Below are positions 33,768-47,883 of a stretch of 64,000 bases of DNA, in pieces; position 1 is the stretch's first letter, and each line of letters begins with the position of its first letter. This DNA comes from Microbotryum violaceum (Eukaryota), in NCBI GenBank assembly GCA_001244265.2, contig CDLV01000010.1, forward strand, positions 248,001 through 312,000, written 5' to 3'. The notes under the pieces were generated by a model. It saw only the letters and a list, made by a program, of their open reading frames with translations. It ran no database searches and was not told the DNA's origin. Both the position numbers and the translations under genes were made by a program.

Positions 33768-36072
33768 TCATGCTCCGATGTATTTGAAATCGGCTCTCTT
33801 CGGGAAGGAAGCGTTCCACCAGAAGTGGATCTGCGAGAAGGGGTACAAAGCCGTGCACAAGCCGGTATCTTTGTTGACATACCACGACACGCCACCGTCT
33901 TTCTCCCAGACCTGTTTCGGATGAGCACGGAGAAACCAGTTCGTAAGTCGCTGGACCACTTTCTGACGCATGTGAAAAATTTGCTCAACTGACCTTCTTC
34001 TTCATCTCGTTACGAATTTTCTTATTGTACTGCTCCTGAGCTGCGGGCGTGACCTCGACCGTCGGCGCAGGCTCGCCGTTCGTGCTTGACTTCAGTTGCG
34101 ACAGGATGGGCTTGATGAGTTTTCGCATCATGCTACAGGTCGTAACGGCACGAAACGCCGGCGATTCAGTCTCGATTGCTATACTCTGGAGGGGACAACC
34201 ACGACACATAGCAAGAAGAACTCACGTGATCTGAGCCTCGGAGGTGAAGATAACCGAACTGTGACCCGTGGCGGTGTTGGGGCCCATGAGCCAGAACAAA
34301 TTTGGGAAGTCGGCGACGCAGGTTCCCTGGTAGACCGAGACCTTGTTGTCGCGCAAGCGGTCTTGCAGCGACACACCCTCAGAGTTATAGATCTTGACAG
34401 GGAAAAGATAATCGTGGACCTTAAAGCCGGTGCAGAGCACAATGACGTCGGCTTTGAATTTGCGACCGTTCTTGGTCGTAACCGTGTCGCCCTTGACGCT
34501 TTCGAGCGCATCGTCCTGAACAAGGTCAACCTTGGGGTTGTTAAGTGCGGCATAGTAACCCGAGTCGAATACTCGACGCTTAGCGGCGATATCAAAATCG
34601 GCTGTGGGAGCAAAAGAGGCGCCTGGGTCAGCTCTACTCCAATAAGACGCTGATACGAAAACTCGGATCAAGGCGACTCACGTTCGAGGGCGTCCCAGTA
34701 CTTCTCGGGGGCGACCTCACGAATGTACTTCTTGGTGTCCTTGAGCAAGGAGTCGCGATCCTTGGCGCCGCGCTTCACATCCGAAACCCTGAACATGCGC
34801 TCCATGATGAGGAAGATGATGGTTCGCAAGACCCAAGCGAACCCGGGAATGTACTTCTTGGCCCAATGAACGAGGGTATTGTCGGGTGCGAGAGGGCGAC
34901 GGATGATCGATTGCCTTGAACGGGCGATCTGAGTCAGACTTTTGACCTCGTCGGCGATTTCGGGTACGATCTTCAAAAATCCACCGGTCAGGATAGATCA
35001 GTTGGGGTGAAGCTGTACGAGACGAGCAGATTGGAAGGTTCACCTGAGCGGCGGAGCAACCGTTTCCGACCATGACAACGTCCTTGTTCTTCAGGGAAAC
35101 GTCAAAATTCCACTGAGCCGAGTGGAAAACATCTCCGTTGAAGTCGCGCACGTCGAAACTGGGGTCGTTGGGGTTCGCAAGACCTCCGAGGGCCGAAATG
35201 AGAATGTTGCACGTCCGTATCTTGGTCTCGCCCGTCTTGAGATCCTTGACTTGGATGGTCCACAGCCCAGTCTGGCGAGAGTGGCGTGCTTCGAGAACCA
35301 TGTGGTAGAAAGCGATGTTGTTAACCTCGAACTTCTTCTGCACCGAGTGCAAGTCTGGGAGGATGGGATTGGTAAGGAGATCAGTACGATGGGGGCACAC
35401 ATGTAGAATGTCAACGAGCCAGTTCGCAGAACTCACATTCGAGAATTTGAGGCTGGGCCGCCCATTGCGTCCACACATCCTCCGGTGCTGCGAACGAGAA
35501 GGAGTAAAGGGACAGAGGAATATCTGTATGCACAAATTTGGGGCCGTGTGACATATATACACAAGTCAGCTGAGATTCTCCGAAACTCGGCCCTCGAGTG
35601 AATCGCATCGCCGGCCGATCGGAAATCTCCGTCGTCATCGAGACACGGTCGTCCCGAATCTCGAATTATGAACCTCCCACACCAGGGGGCTGCACGCGAA
35701 AAAACGAGCTCAAAAGGACCTACCACATGCAGCACCAGGGTATCGGTTATGATTCCAGGTTCCACCGATATCGGCTGATTTTTCATAGCAAAATACGTCG
35801 GTAAAGCCGAGCTTGCGCTTAAGCTGAATATTGGCGGCTAAGGATGAAAGGAGGGGTTAGCTATGATGAACATTGGGTGCAAGGCTTCAATTGACTCACC
35901 TAATCCAGAAAGTCCGGCACCCAAGATGATGCTGTTGTTTGCGAGCAGATGAAGGCAAACTTAGTAATTGGCAACGATTGAGTGCGAGCACCACGGTTAC
36001 GACGTACGCTCCGTAGTGGGACTTGGTATCACGAGCCGAGACCTGGGGTAAAGTGTTAGGGGCAGAAGACAT
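33768..36072 (-). CDS. Flavin-containing monooxygenase, type I Baeyer-Villiger-like
   Basis: IILGAGLSGL, GGTWNHNRYPGAACDIP, fingerprint FNGDVFHSAQW (FxGxxxHxxxW), VGNGCSAAQ, LCTGF, FPNLFWLMGPNT, SWY. Confidence 0.92.
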
Positions 36073-36965
36073 GTTGGGAGAGACGGACGAAAGTCGAAAT
36101 GTGGCAAGAGGGAGAAAGAAAGACGAAGAGAGCTGGGCGATCGGTGCAACGCTCTTTAAGTTAAAAGCTTAAGCGCCGGGATTGCGAGTAGTGAAGCGGA
36201 TTCCCGCTGCTGCCGGACGCGGGCGCCGGGCGTGTGAACATGCGAGCAAGCTTTCCCTCGGAGTTGGAATCGGCGACCTCAGGTGGCCGGCCGTCGACTT
36301 CGCGCGTGCGGCCGGGCAACGGCCAATTGACACTCACGTGATCTGCCAGGTCGGTGACCCAGTATCCCATTCGTTCCGGCACTCGGCTTCTTTTAAGCAC
36401 GAGCTCGCTTGTCAAGCAGCCTTCGACTCACCTAGACGATGCCCTTTCAGGAGCTGTCTGTTTTGCCCCCCCCCTGCACTAATATCGCCGTGGGGCCACC
36501 GGCGGAGCCGGCCTCCGGGGCTCAGACTGAAACAGCATCAATACCATTGACGTTCTTTGACTCGACAGTTGATTTTAGTAGATAGGGGATATCAGGGACG
36601 TGGAGACAAGCGCTCTTTCAGCTAATTAAACCTCCCAAGATCAGAGTGGGATATTTATTTTTGGCACGACTTTGCAGGCGTTCGGGCCGCCTGCCCAGCC
36701 TGCCCAGCGCGCAGGCGGCCATCACGGGCAGGGGCGCACAAGTGTTTCCTGACTTTCGAGCTGACTTTCCGGCTGTCCAGCCGCTTGGCCGAATTCTGGG
36801 CAAGCCCGGGCAAGCGGTCCGTGCCCCTGCACCCCGCCCATTGAGCCCGCGCGAACTCGAGAATACACACGACTCACTGCACCACCAGCTGCAGCACCCA
36901 TCGAACCGGGAATCCTTGCCTTGTCGCTGTTCTCCACCCCGACAACAACCAGGCAAAAGAGGATC

Positions 36966-38615
36966 ATGGCTGACGCCAGCACGCGACGCTCGGCGGTCGG
37001 TACGACGTCATCATCCGATGCTACTACTGGAACGCGGCGGGCATCACTCCGAGCTTCCACGATGTCAAACTCGTCCACGTCTGCATCAGAGAAATGTTCT
37101 AAGCAAGACGGACCCGATCTGAGGCCGACCAAGCCTGACTCCATCCGAGCCCATCATCTTCATTCCGTCAAGAGCGGGCCTGCCACGAAAAGTAGTTGTA
37201 CCGGATCGAGTTTCAAAGGCTCGTCGAAGCGAAAGCGTGTCAAGCATGGAGACGATCCCACGAAGACATCACCAGAGCGGACCAAATCAAGAAGAGAAGC
37301 GAAAAGGGACACTGCGGGCGGCCAGCGACCGCGATCGCCCGATCAGGAGACAAGTGGGGCAGCATCCTCCTCGGCGTGTGCGTTCACCTCAGGGAAAGCC
37401 CACAGCGGAGGCGGAAGGCATGCTCACATCGGCGAGAAATTTCAGCCTGGCGATGGTCAGAGGGACTATGAGCTCAGTAAGCCACTGCTCACTCCATTCA
37501 CCGACATTGAGCAAATGCTAATGGCACTCGGGACAATGTCACGTGCAGCTGAGCCCGAACCATGGCGTGATGACGAAAACTGCTTGCACTTCGACGACCA
37601 GCCTACCTTCCTACCGACGCTTTGTCCAGAGTTAATCCAGCTTTTTCGTATCTCACTTCGCGGGCGGTTCTGAACTAATCCTCTTCGGTCTCTGATCCAT
37701 GGTGCGAGCAGAGAAATTCTCCGACAAGGCTCCTTCTGTGGTGGTTACTTTCGTCCGATCAAGTCCAAGAAGTCGGGCCGCTCCTACAAGAATGATTGGA
37801 AAGACCTACCCGCAGGTATACACCTCGCGTTCTGGGAGGTTTGATTATCTCCCGTTGGCCTGATCCGCAAGTTGTTCATCCCCCCGTAGAATGGTACGCT
37901 GGTCTCGATCTTGGAACAGTGAGTTCTCCTTTGCGCGGTGTCGCTCAAAGCCCGAGTCCAACGCGAGACTCACTCTCGCACACTCAAATCCTAGCACTTA
38001 ACACACCCTGATCCACCAATACCAAGCCTGAACCGATGGAAGACCAAAGTCGGACAGACTTACGAAGCCTGGGAAGATCAAGGTTGGATCGAACGTGGGT
38101 CTCGCCGGCTGCTGAGAATCGCTCGGTCCAAGTGCTGAGTTACCGCCCGGTTCCGACACAGCCGAACATGACTGTAGAGGCTGGTTTCAATGGTATTGTC
38201 GGTTCTTTCGTGGTCGACGCTGCGCCGATGATGATCGTCAGATTGGGCGATGGGAGCGATTGGCGGGCGAGAAAGGTGGGAGGTGGCGACGGATCTATTA
38301 CGGGAAGCACCACAAGGCCGGCGCGAGTGAGCCGCCTTTTAGGTGTGAAATCTTGGATAATCACACGTTGAGCTATATCACCGTACTTTCATCGGCAGAC
38401 GAGATTGAACCAGCTGAAGAAACCATTTCCAAGGGGATTAGGCAGACTCTTAACCATTGGGTACGCACTTATACCCTCGGATCGTCAGAAGGGGATGACT
38501 GACTTTCCAGAGTTCAACCCAATAGGCATATGAACCTAGTACAGATCATCTTATGCGATACTTGGAGGAGAAGGGGGAAGATGTGGCCAACAATGAGGGC
38601 GATCTAGCGCAATGA
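36966..38615 (+). CDS. Conserved hypothetical Trp/Arg-rich protein with disordered N-terminus
   Basis: Spliced reading: FLPTLCP|EEILRQGSFCGGYFRPI...DWKDLP|EWYAGLD...NRWKTKVGQTYEAWEDQGWI...DCRGWFQWYCRFFRGRRCADDDRQIGRW...IRQTLNHW|AYE. Confidence 0.75.
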
Positions 38616-38714
38616 CAGAGAGTAGCTCGGCAGCTGGCGAGGGAATACGGAGAGCGGTGCGGTGTGTCCGCCTCCTCAAGAGCAAAGCATCTCTCGCGCA
38701 GGTATTCTGTCCTG

Positions 38715-39797
38715 TCATTTCAACTCGATCAAATCGACAGCCTTTGACTTGCACGCGGCTTCTAAGCGAGTCCACCCTTGTCTCCTTCTGATACAAATCT
38801 TGCGGAATTGCGTGCGTGGCCACCCCACTTCGAGCACAAAGGCCATGACTCTCGGATCGAATCCGTCCTCTTCGCCCATTGAGGTATCCGCCAATTCGAC
38901 CGGTGGCTTCTGGAGGTTGCCCAAGAGCTCGATAACATCGACCGCGACTCCTGTGGCATTGATCTCTAGCCTCTCCAGCGAAGGCAAATTATGGGCAAAG
39001 CCTTCGATAACCCCTTTGGCGGAGGTGGTTAGACGCAGGCTCCGTACGGGCCATCCTAGCCAGGCTACTGGTCTCAACGGGGCTGCACGAGGATGTGGGT
39101 ATTCAAAGTCGAGCACGCGAAGCGAGTCGGCGTACATCGTCGAGGCGAAGAGCCAATAGTAGTGTTCGGCCATGAAAGACGGGCAGTCTCGAACGGAGAT
39201 GGAGACAAGTTTGAATGACGGAATTCTACCCATGGTTGCATTTGGTGTTGGTGTAGATGCTCGGATGTGACGCATGACGAGTGTAGATAAGTTGGGAAGA
39301 CACGGGAGGATGGACGCGAGTGCGTGTAACTGGAATTGGTCCTCGATTGCGGGTCGACCGATGACGGTCAGAGTTTGCAAGTTCGAGCTTGAAAGCAATG
39401 GTATGAGTTGGGTGAGGTGTTGTCGACGAAAGGAAGTGAAGGCGAGTTCGCCGAGGTGCAAGTGTTTGAGGGTCGGGCCAAGCTTTTGGAGGAGCGTGAT
39501 CAAGTGTTGCTCCGTCACGAAATCCGCGGTCCTGGGTGGTGCGGTTGTTCGACCTTTCTTTGGGTCGCTCGGGCTCTTGAGGGCTGCTGGGCTCCGAGAT
39601 GTTTCCGCTTGTGCACGTGTGAGGGTTATAGAACGAACCGGTGTTATTCCGTATGCTTCTGGTTGGCTCTTCCCGCGCGATGTAAAGTCCGAGTTCAAAG
39701 TCACGTGATGAATTGGGTCTTGTGCCGGGAGCTCGGCGCGGCGTAGCAAGTCGTCAATCAAGATGAAAGCCTCAAAGGGGAGCATGGTTCCCAGCAT
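38715..39797 (-). CDS. Hypothetical protein with LRR/RNI-like repeats, apparently single exon
   Basis: Long open frame with repeated LxxLxL patterns (LKHLHL, LQTLTV, LPNLSTLVM, LRVLDF, LPSLERLEI). Start could be 39797 or 39785. Confidence 0.7.
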   Translation of the reverse strand: MLGTMLPFEAFILIDDLLRRAELPAQDPIHHVTLNSDFTSRGKSQPEAYGITPVRSITLTRAQAETSRSPAALKSPSDPKKGRTTAPPRTADFVTEQHLITLLQKLGPTLKHLHLGELAFTSFRRQHLTQLIPLLSSSNLQTLTVIGRPAIEDQFQLHALASILPCLPNLSTLVMRHIRASTPTPNATMGRIPSFKLVSISVRDCPSFMAEHYYWLFASTMYADSLRVLDFEYPHPRAAPLRPVAWLGWPVRSLRLTTSAKGVIEGFAHNLPSLERLEINATGVAVDVIELLGNLQKPPVELADTSMGEEDGFDPRVMAFVLEVGWPRTQFRKICIRRRQGWTRLEAACKSKAVDLIELK

Positions 39798-39815
39798 GAA
39801 TGCGCGGGAGGGACA

Positions 39816-42076
39816 ATGGGAGTGGTAGATGGTTGGATCTCGAGGAACGAGGTAGAACGAGGTCAAGAGGTAAGCCAGGAAGGTCCACTCAACCTGGTCC
39901 CTATTCTTCCCTACCGCCTCTTGCCGCCGCGGGGAGCGACGCGCACTCACGCGCATTCGTCTCGACTCGACCTCGCGCTTGCCCCCACCGCCCCCACCTG
40001 TCCGGACGACGGACTTCACCCTTCCTGACTTGAGCCCGACCGCTGGAGTTTGGAAGCGCATTAGAACGCTCAAGCTGGCCCAGCTGTCGAAGGACCGGCG
40101 TTGGCAGCTGCTCGTCGTGCTGCGGCTGCTCGTCGCGCTGAGCTCGCAGTCGGTGATCCATCCGGATGAGCACTTTCAGAACCCCGAACTAGCCGCTGCC
40201 TGGGTCTTTGACTACTCCAACACGGGCCAAGGTCCCCTCAAGACGTGGGAATGGCTCGATCAGGATCCAGTTCGGAGTGTCTTCCCTGTAGCGGCCTCAA
40301 CCGGCGTCGCTTTCCAGCTGCTACGACTCGTCCTGGGTCCGCGTCAGTCTGAGCTCGTCTGTCTGCCCGAGGCGTGATTATTTTTTTTGGCCGCAACTGA
40401 CCCAGTTGAGGTCTAAACCACAGATCCATCTGGATATGCCCTTTTTCTCGCTCAAAGATTCTTCCTGTTCCTGCTCAGCGTCATCATCGGTCAGTTATTC
40501 GCTCATGTGCGAGGAAGGTCTCGGCCGACTACGAAAGCCACTCTGAGCGAGCGAAATCTTCACTGGATAGACATATGCCTGCAGTCGATCGCACGGTCCA
40601 ACACGCCCGCACTCGTGTTTGCTACTTCGCCCATCGTATTTGCCTTCCTCGTGCGGCCATTCTCGAACTCGCTCGAAGCCATCTTGCTTGCACTGGCCAT
40701 CTTCGTCGCCCACGGCATCCTCACCCAACCCCCAAGCAAGCTTCATTACGCGACCTATGCCTTGGTGACGTCCCTGGGCGTGTTTACGCGAATCTCGTTC
40801 CTCTTCTTTACCCTGCCGCCGGTATTGGCCATACTATGTCGAGAATTGCTCTCGCGATCCTCGACACTTGTTCGGACAGCGACTCGAGGCGCACCTGCCG
40901 TCCTTGCTTTGGGCCTCCTCTCGACTGTGCTCGTTTCGATCGACACCTACTACTACAGAGGAACGCTTTTGTCTAAGCATTGGGTCCTGGCGCCTCTCAA
41001 TCTCCTCCGGTACAACATCGCGACCACGAACCTGGAGACGCATGGCTTGCACCCGAGATATCTGCACATCGTCCTCAACTGGCCGATGTTGTTCGGAGCC
41101 GGGCTGTGGCCAGCCACTGCGGCCGTTTTGGTTTGCAAAGCTGCTCCAGTCAGCGGGCCAAAAGTTGTCACAAAGGGAAAGAAGAAGGGAAAGGCCAAAG
41201 TGGAGGCGATACCGGCTAAGAACTTGACCGGTCTCGATGGAGGTAAGCTCTCTCCGGGCCTGCTATTGGAACGACTTCGAGAGCTGACTCGGTAAAATCC
41301 CTACGCCAGTCCTGCTCCCTGCAGCGTGCTTCGTCGTTCCAACGCTCCTTCTATCGCTGCAACCTCATCAGGAGCCCCGGTTTCTTGTCCCTCTGATCGT
41401 CCCTCTGAGCCTGCTTATCTCCAAGGCATCCTTCCTAACAATCGGCATCAGCGCTGCTCGAAGAAATCGCCGAATATTCTGGGTAAGTGGATGAGTCGTC
41501 ACGTCACTCAGTCCTTGTTGACGTTTCCTCCCCTTCTCAGTCGTTATGGTGCCTTCACACGATCCTCTTCACTCTCATCTTTGGCTATCTACATCAAGGC
41601 GGCCTTCTCCCCACCCTTATTCGACTTAATGAGAGTCTACGCTCGAACGCCTTCGACTCGGCTCAGAACGTCGATATCATATTTTGGAGGACGTTTATGC
41701 CCCCGAGGCACCTGTTGGTCCCGCTGAGAAGTGAGTCTGTTGATGATTTCCTTTATCTCTTGGAAAGAGTTTACTCAAATCATTTAAACCCCTTCTTATC
41801 TCAGCCACTCCACTCCAAGTCACGATCAAGGACGTCGCCGGCGCACCCCTTTCCGAATTGCTGACGATCATTCACAACTCGAACTCGTCTCGAACTTTGC
41901 TCGTCACACCGGCTTACGCCTATGATGCGTTGCTTTCGGGCAAAGTTGACTTCGCGCGACCCCTATATGGTTCTCGATCGTTCGGAATTCACCTCGACAT
42001 GGACCGTTTACAGGACATGGTCGGTGTCGACTGGCGTCGACTCGGCATGGGCGTTTGGGAAGTCGGCCATACATGA
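39816..42076 (+). CDS. SMP3: GPI mannosyltransferase 4 (SMP3/PIG-Z, GT22 family)
   Basis: IHPDEHFQNPE, TWEW...PVRS, RPFSNSLE, GVFTRISF, PLNLLRYN...NLETHGLHPRYLH, PHQEPRFL, FGYLHQGG, FWRTFMPPRHLL, HLDMD. Start codon uncertain. Confidence 0.88.
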
Positions 42077-42218
42077 GCCATTCTTTTTAGTGTCAATACG
42101 TAGCAAGGCAGTGTTACAAGCACAGACAAAAAGTGTATCTCAATTAGGAATGTTAGCACCTTAAGAAGATACGTCCTCAACAGCTTCTTGCAGAGGTTGT
42201 GCTCCCACGCGATGTCAA

Positions 42219-45200
42219 TCAAAGAGCGGCTCTCCGTGCATCGTCTTCCTCCACGTCACGCCGTAGATCCCGAGCGTCTTGGTAGGCTTCTTCGGATGCA
42301 TTTTGGGCCTGCCTCGCTCGTGCTGTGACGGCGGTCTTCCACGTCGCCGATCGATCGGGCGCGTCGGAGAAGGGGTGCATGTGGGCATGAAGATCCTGCG
42401 CGACGCCGAGCCGAAGAAATTTGTCAGTCTAGGATCGATGAGTGCCTGGAAAAAGAAAGCCTCGACGTACCATCTTGGTAAGGATCCCTCGCAAGGCCCC
42501 CTGCTTTGTGAGAAGCACACATCGCAAGCCCAATCGCCCGAACATCTGCACGACCACTTCCATCGGCGTATCCTGATTCATCATGATCGGGATCTGTGCG
42601 CCGTGCGAGGAATTGCCAAAAGCGAAACCGAACCAACACTCAGCACGTGTAATTTTCCGTACCTTCTCCTCCGAAACCAAAACCAACTGAAACTGACCTC
42701 GTCGACCCAAGCAGCTAAACTGATCCAACATGCTTCATCCTCATTCTCCTCCACCCCTTCTCTTCTTAGCTTCCTCGCACCCTCCTCCTCAAAAGGTGCA
42801 TTCGGTCCAACCTGCCTTCCTTCCTTATTAGGTTTCCTCAAAAAATAACACTTCGTCGTCCCTTTGATATTTGGTTCGAGGGCGATTTGTTCAAGAGCGG
42901 AGATAAGTTCGAGTCGAGTGATATGACCGATCACGATGCGATCTCGGAGGGTTCGAACGATCGGGAATCCTCGATAACCCTCGGTAGCTAACATCGATTC
43001 TGCGATTGGGGTGTCCGAACATTTTTTTCTAGTCTGGTCATGCACCGCAAGTTGAACGCGATTCTTTCCGTGGGGTGTGACTTACCCAATTGATCGATGG
43101 TCCACCCTTCGTCGCTGACGTAAACGATGTTCTGAATCTGGGTCATGACATCCCGTGCCGTGATCGTATCCTGCCGGTATTCGACCTTGTTGTTCAAGAA
43201 AGGGTAATTGCGAAGGATGATCCAAGCTGCACGGAGATCTCTCATTAAGCCTGAATAATCTGCTGAGATAATTCGAAGACGGGGTAAAGGACTGACTCTC
43301 ATAGATCCCATCTTTGGAGAAGAAGTCGCCTGTGAACTTGGCCACCATGACGGCCAACATGACTTGAAGGACGAGCTCGATCGCACCCGTCAACTCGAAG
43401 AGGATGACAACCTGCACGAGCAAGGCAAGGAGGCCGGCATATCAGTTCTGTGAGTCTCTCATTCTTGAACCGTTTTCGGTTACCGTGCGCACTAAGCTGA
43501 TGGTCATCCTCGTCACTCCGCCAAGCGCACTCGCCGCGCCGATGACGGCGTACACCGGAGGCGAGATACAAGGTCCATCAGGCGGGCAGCTGGAGAAGAG
43601 CCACGTGCCCGCATTCGCACGTTGAATTGAAGCCATGATCAAACCAACGGCACGACCGACGCAAGCGCCTATGGTTAGCGACGGCATGAAGATCCCGGCC
43701 GGTAAGGAGGCGCCGAAGGTGACGGCCGTGAGAAGCGTTTTGGAGAAGGCGGTGACGAGTAGGAGAAAAACGAGTGAGGGGGTGTTGGAGATGCTGCGAA
43801 CGTTCAGCGAAACTTGTGTCAGTACGACAGGAGCAATTTGAAGCCATTGTTCGGTGAACTCACTCGCAGAGACCATAGTCGTCGGGTCCACTGCAATCTT
43901 GAAAAAGGTTGACGACAAGTTCGGCGTTGGGAATACGCATAAAGATGAGCAGGTAGCTGACGATAGCGGTGAAGAGAGCGAGAACGGCGACTTCCGAGAC
44001 GGGCCACTTGTACAGCCCCGTTGCTCGCCGCATCCGCTCCCACTCCTCGTTCAATCGAATGAGCCAAGCACCCCATAGACCTCCGAATACGCCAAGACCC
44101 AACCAAGGGATAAGCTCGAAACCCCTCCACACTTGCGACGAGGTGACTTGAAAGAGCACAAGCTTGCCGGTGTTGAAAGGATCAATGTATTGAAGGGTGA
44201 TTGCGGCGACGACTGCGCAGACAAAGGATTGCCAAAGAGTCGAGCCGGGGAAGAAGGTCGAAATCTCTTCTGTGCTCGGCAACGGAAGTCGACGATCCAT
44301 TAGCCACGAACAGAGAGCTAGCGGACCGCCGTAATTCATCGTCACGTACCCAAGGAGAATAGTACGCCTCCCAACGGTGCTCCGAAAGCCACAGAAACAC
44401 CCGCAGCAGCTGCCGCCGACAATATCTCACGGGACCGGGCTATCGAATAGTGGCGCGGTCAGCTATCATTGCCGGCCAAGCAGAGGGTAGATCGGACAAA
44501 CCCTCATTCTGCCTCAGTTTCCGAAACGGTCTTAGCATCAGGTCGCCGATTGAACAGCTGACATGCACAAGTGGTCCTTCCTAGTCCCGGACAGAGACAA
44601 TCGATCCCAGAAGATCAGTTCCTGAATTCGCTCGATTGGACGCTCGGAGGACTCACTTTGCCGAGCTGCAAGCCGGATGCTACAGCGAGAGGTAGTCCGA
44701 GCGACTTGACAAGCAGGACCATTGGTGACAAAAAACCCTTGAGGATGTAACCGCCAAGGATTGCCTTGATTTCGGGTATCCCGGTGTGAAAGGCGTAGGG
44801 AGCGTACACTTGTACAAAGAACGAAGCCACCACCGCGAAAGCAACCTGATTTTGCCGCCCCGAGGAACGAGAGTTCTGATCAGGGCCCCAAGCCAGATGC
44901 GTAATCTCAGTCGGTCATCATCTCACCGCAAGGACCATGTAGACGCTGTATTGGGTTACTGCTTTCAAGACGACCCGCTGTCCTGGTTCGTTGCCGCCTG
45001 CGATCTGTGCCCATGTACGCCAAGAGTTGCAAGTGTCGGTCGCTGCAAGAGTGTAGGAAGTAAGCAGGAGCGCGGGTGCAGAGAACGAGAGGAATGAGAC
45101 CTACGATCCAGTCCAGTACAGCAAGCCGCTTCAGACAACCACCACGCGTCGGAGCATTTGCCGGTGCGCAGATCGGACAACCAAGCACTGAGAATGTCGA

Positions 45201-45824
45201 GACACGAAGCGACGAGTCCGGTGGCCAGTCCGGTGGCGACGATGACGATCCATGGTATTGTCGCGTCCCAGATGCGGGTCAAGATACCTCTGTTGTACAT
45301 GGCAGGTAATCACCTTTAGCGCGTTGTCGACCTTGCGCGATGGGGACTGCGAACGGGGTCGGCGTGTGGGGCTCCTGCTCTGCTGGCTCACCTGACTCCG
45401 AGCACTTGCTGCAGCGCCTGCTTGCGTATGCGTTCCTTTGCATACTCGTGGCTCCAGTCAATCGAGCTGTGATCCTCTCCCTTGATCCTACTCCTTCGCG
45501 AGTAAAGAGACGATGGTGATGAGCCTCCTGTTCCCGCAGCAGCTGCAGTGGCTGCATCCGTGCTCGTGCGAAGGCCGTTCGGAATCGGGCTCAGGTTGAA
45601 GTGTACCCGACTGCCTTTGCGCGTCCGATCAGGTGACGATTGTGCCGATGGTCTGCTACGATTGGTGAACAGGTCAGCACGTCTGTACCTCAGCTATTCG
45701 AGACTCGGATAGGCTGGGAAACTGACGGTAGCGACGAGCCGGGCGTGTCGGGCCAGTTGCCAGGTTCGGAGCTGAGCGAGTCCTGCACCGAATGCTGCGG
45801 ACGATAGGCGTAGGCCCCGCTCAT
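42219..45824 (-). CDS. CLC-family chloride channel/transporter with CBS domains
   Basis: [63 protein letters not shown], then CBS segments (YRGFPIV, LRGILTK). Many introns; 5' end uncertain. Confidence 0.9.
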
Positions 45825-46490
45825 TATCGAGCCGACCGCGCCGTGGACCTGCCTCGTAGGACGAGGCGTTACACTGGCGCTATGCTTACGTGGGAGCGCA
45901 GAGTGGAGAGTGGGGGAATGGGGAAGGGTGCAGGAGGCTCCAGCAGATCCGACCAGACACGATGTTGGCGAACGTCCGTCATGATACGATCCCGGTCTGC
46001 AGAACCGCGTTTCCGACGAGCGGTGCAGTGTGACCTCATGCCCGACCACCTTTCAAGGCAATTAGGTCGGCTTCATGTATGAAATGGTGTAACCGAAAAA
46101 TATGATCTTCTCAGGCCATGGGGAGCGAGACAAGAGGCTTGACGAAAATTACCGAAAAAAGGCGGCGCAATCGTGACTACTCGACTTGGGACTGACACAT
46201 CGTAGAAATTGCAGCGATTGCGCTGGTCTAGCAGGACGATGTCGTTTAGGGAAACGTCAGATGAGATCCTTGAATGCCATCATCATGCAGAGGCAGCTCT
46301 CGGGTTCCACAGGTGAAAGGCAGCAGAAGAGTGGGGGATGCGGTGCGCGGCAGCGCGAAAAGATGGAATGATTACACAGTAGGGAGTGAAATACGAAAGT
46401 AGGAGATGAAGAACAACAATGTGATCGCGCCGCAACAGACAAGCCACAAAGCCCATTCGAGAGGAAAAGGGGGAGACAGGAGTCGAGGGT

Positions 46491-47045
<555 letters not shown>

Positions 47046-47078
47046 TCAGCAGCGCCGGTCCGTTGTTTATCGGCCTCA

Positions 47079-47217
47079 ACCTCGACCTAGGCTGGGCACG
47101 GCCTCGATTAGTAGGCCTTCGAACGAGCGTAACGGGGAGACGCCTCGACCTAGGCCTGCGCCGCCTAACTCGAGGCCATCGTCAGCGCGCGCGGCCAGGG
47201 CATGCCTCGAGTTAGGG
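47079..47217. promoter_or_regulatory. Repeated GCCTCGAnnTAGG motif in the bidirectional H4/H3 promoter
   Basis: Five copies at 47079, 47101 (longer spacer), 47142, 47163 (reverse orientation) and 47204. Confidence 0.6.
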
Positions 47218-47337
47218 CCCGGCCTGCAAACAACACGCTTGCCGAGGCGCGCGACTACGATTCAACCAACTCGGTTGCCCTTTGCCTTCTCTTTTCTCAC
47301 ATCCACACTTCAACGTCTACTTGTCAATCTTATCTAA

Positions 47338-47883
<546 letters not shown>

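Noticed and set aside
25655-36072. Secondary-metabolite cluster made of the SDR, the monooxygenase and the nearby MFS
   Set aside because: No backbone enzyme (PKS, NRPS or terpene synthase) in the window, and the genes are separated by the unrelated CFEM array.
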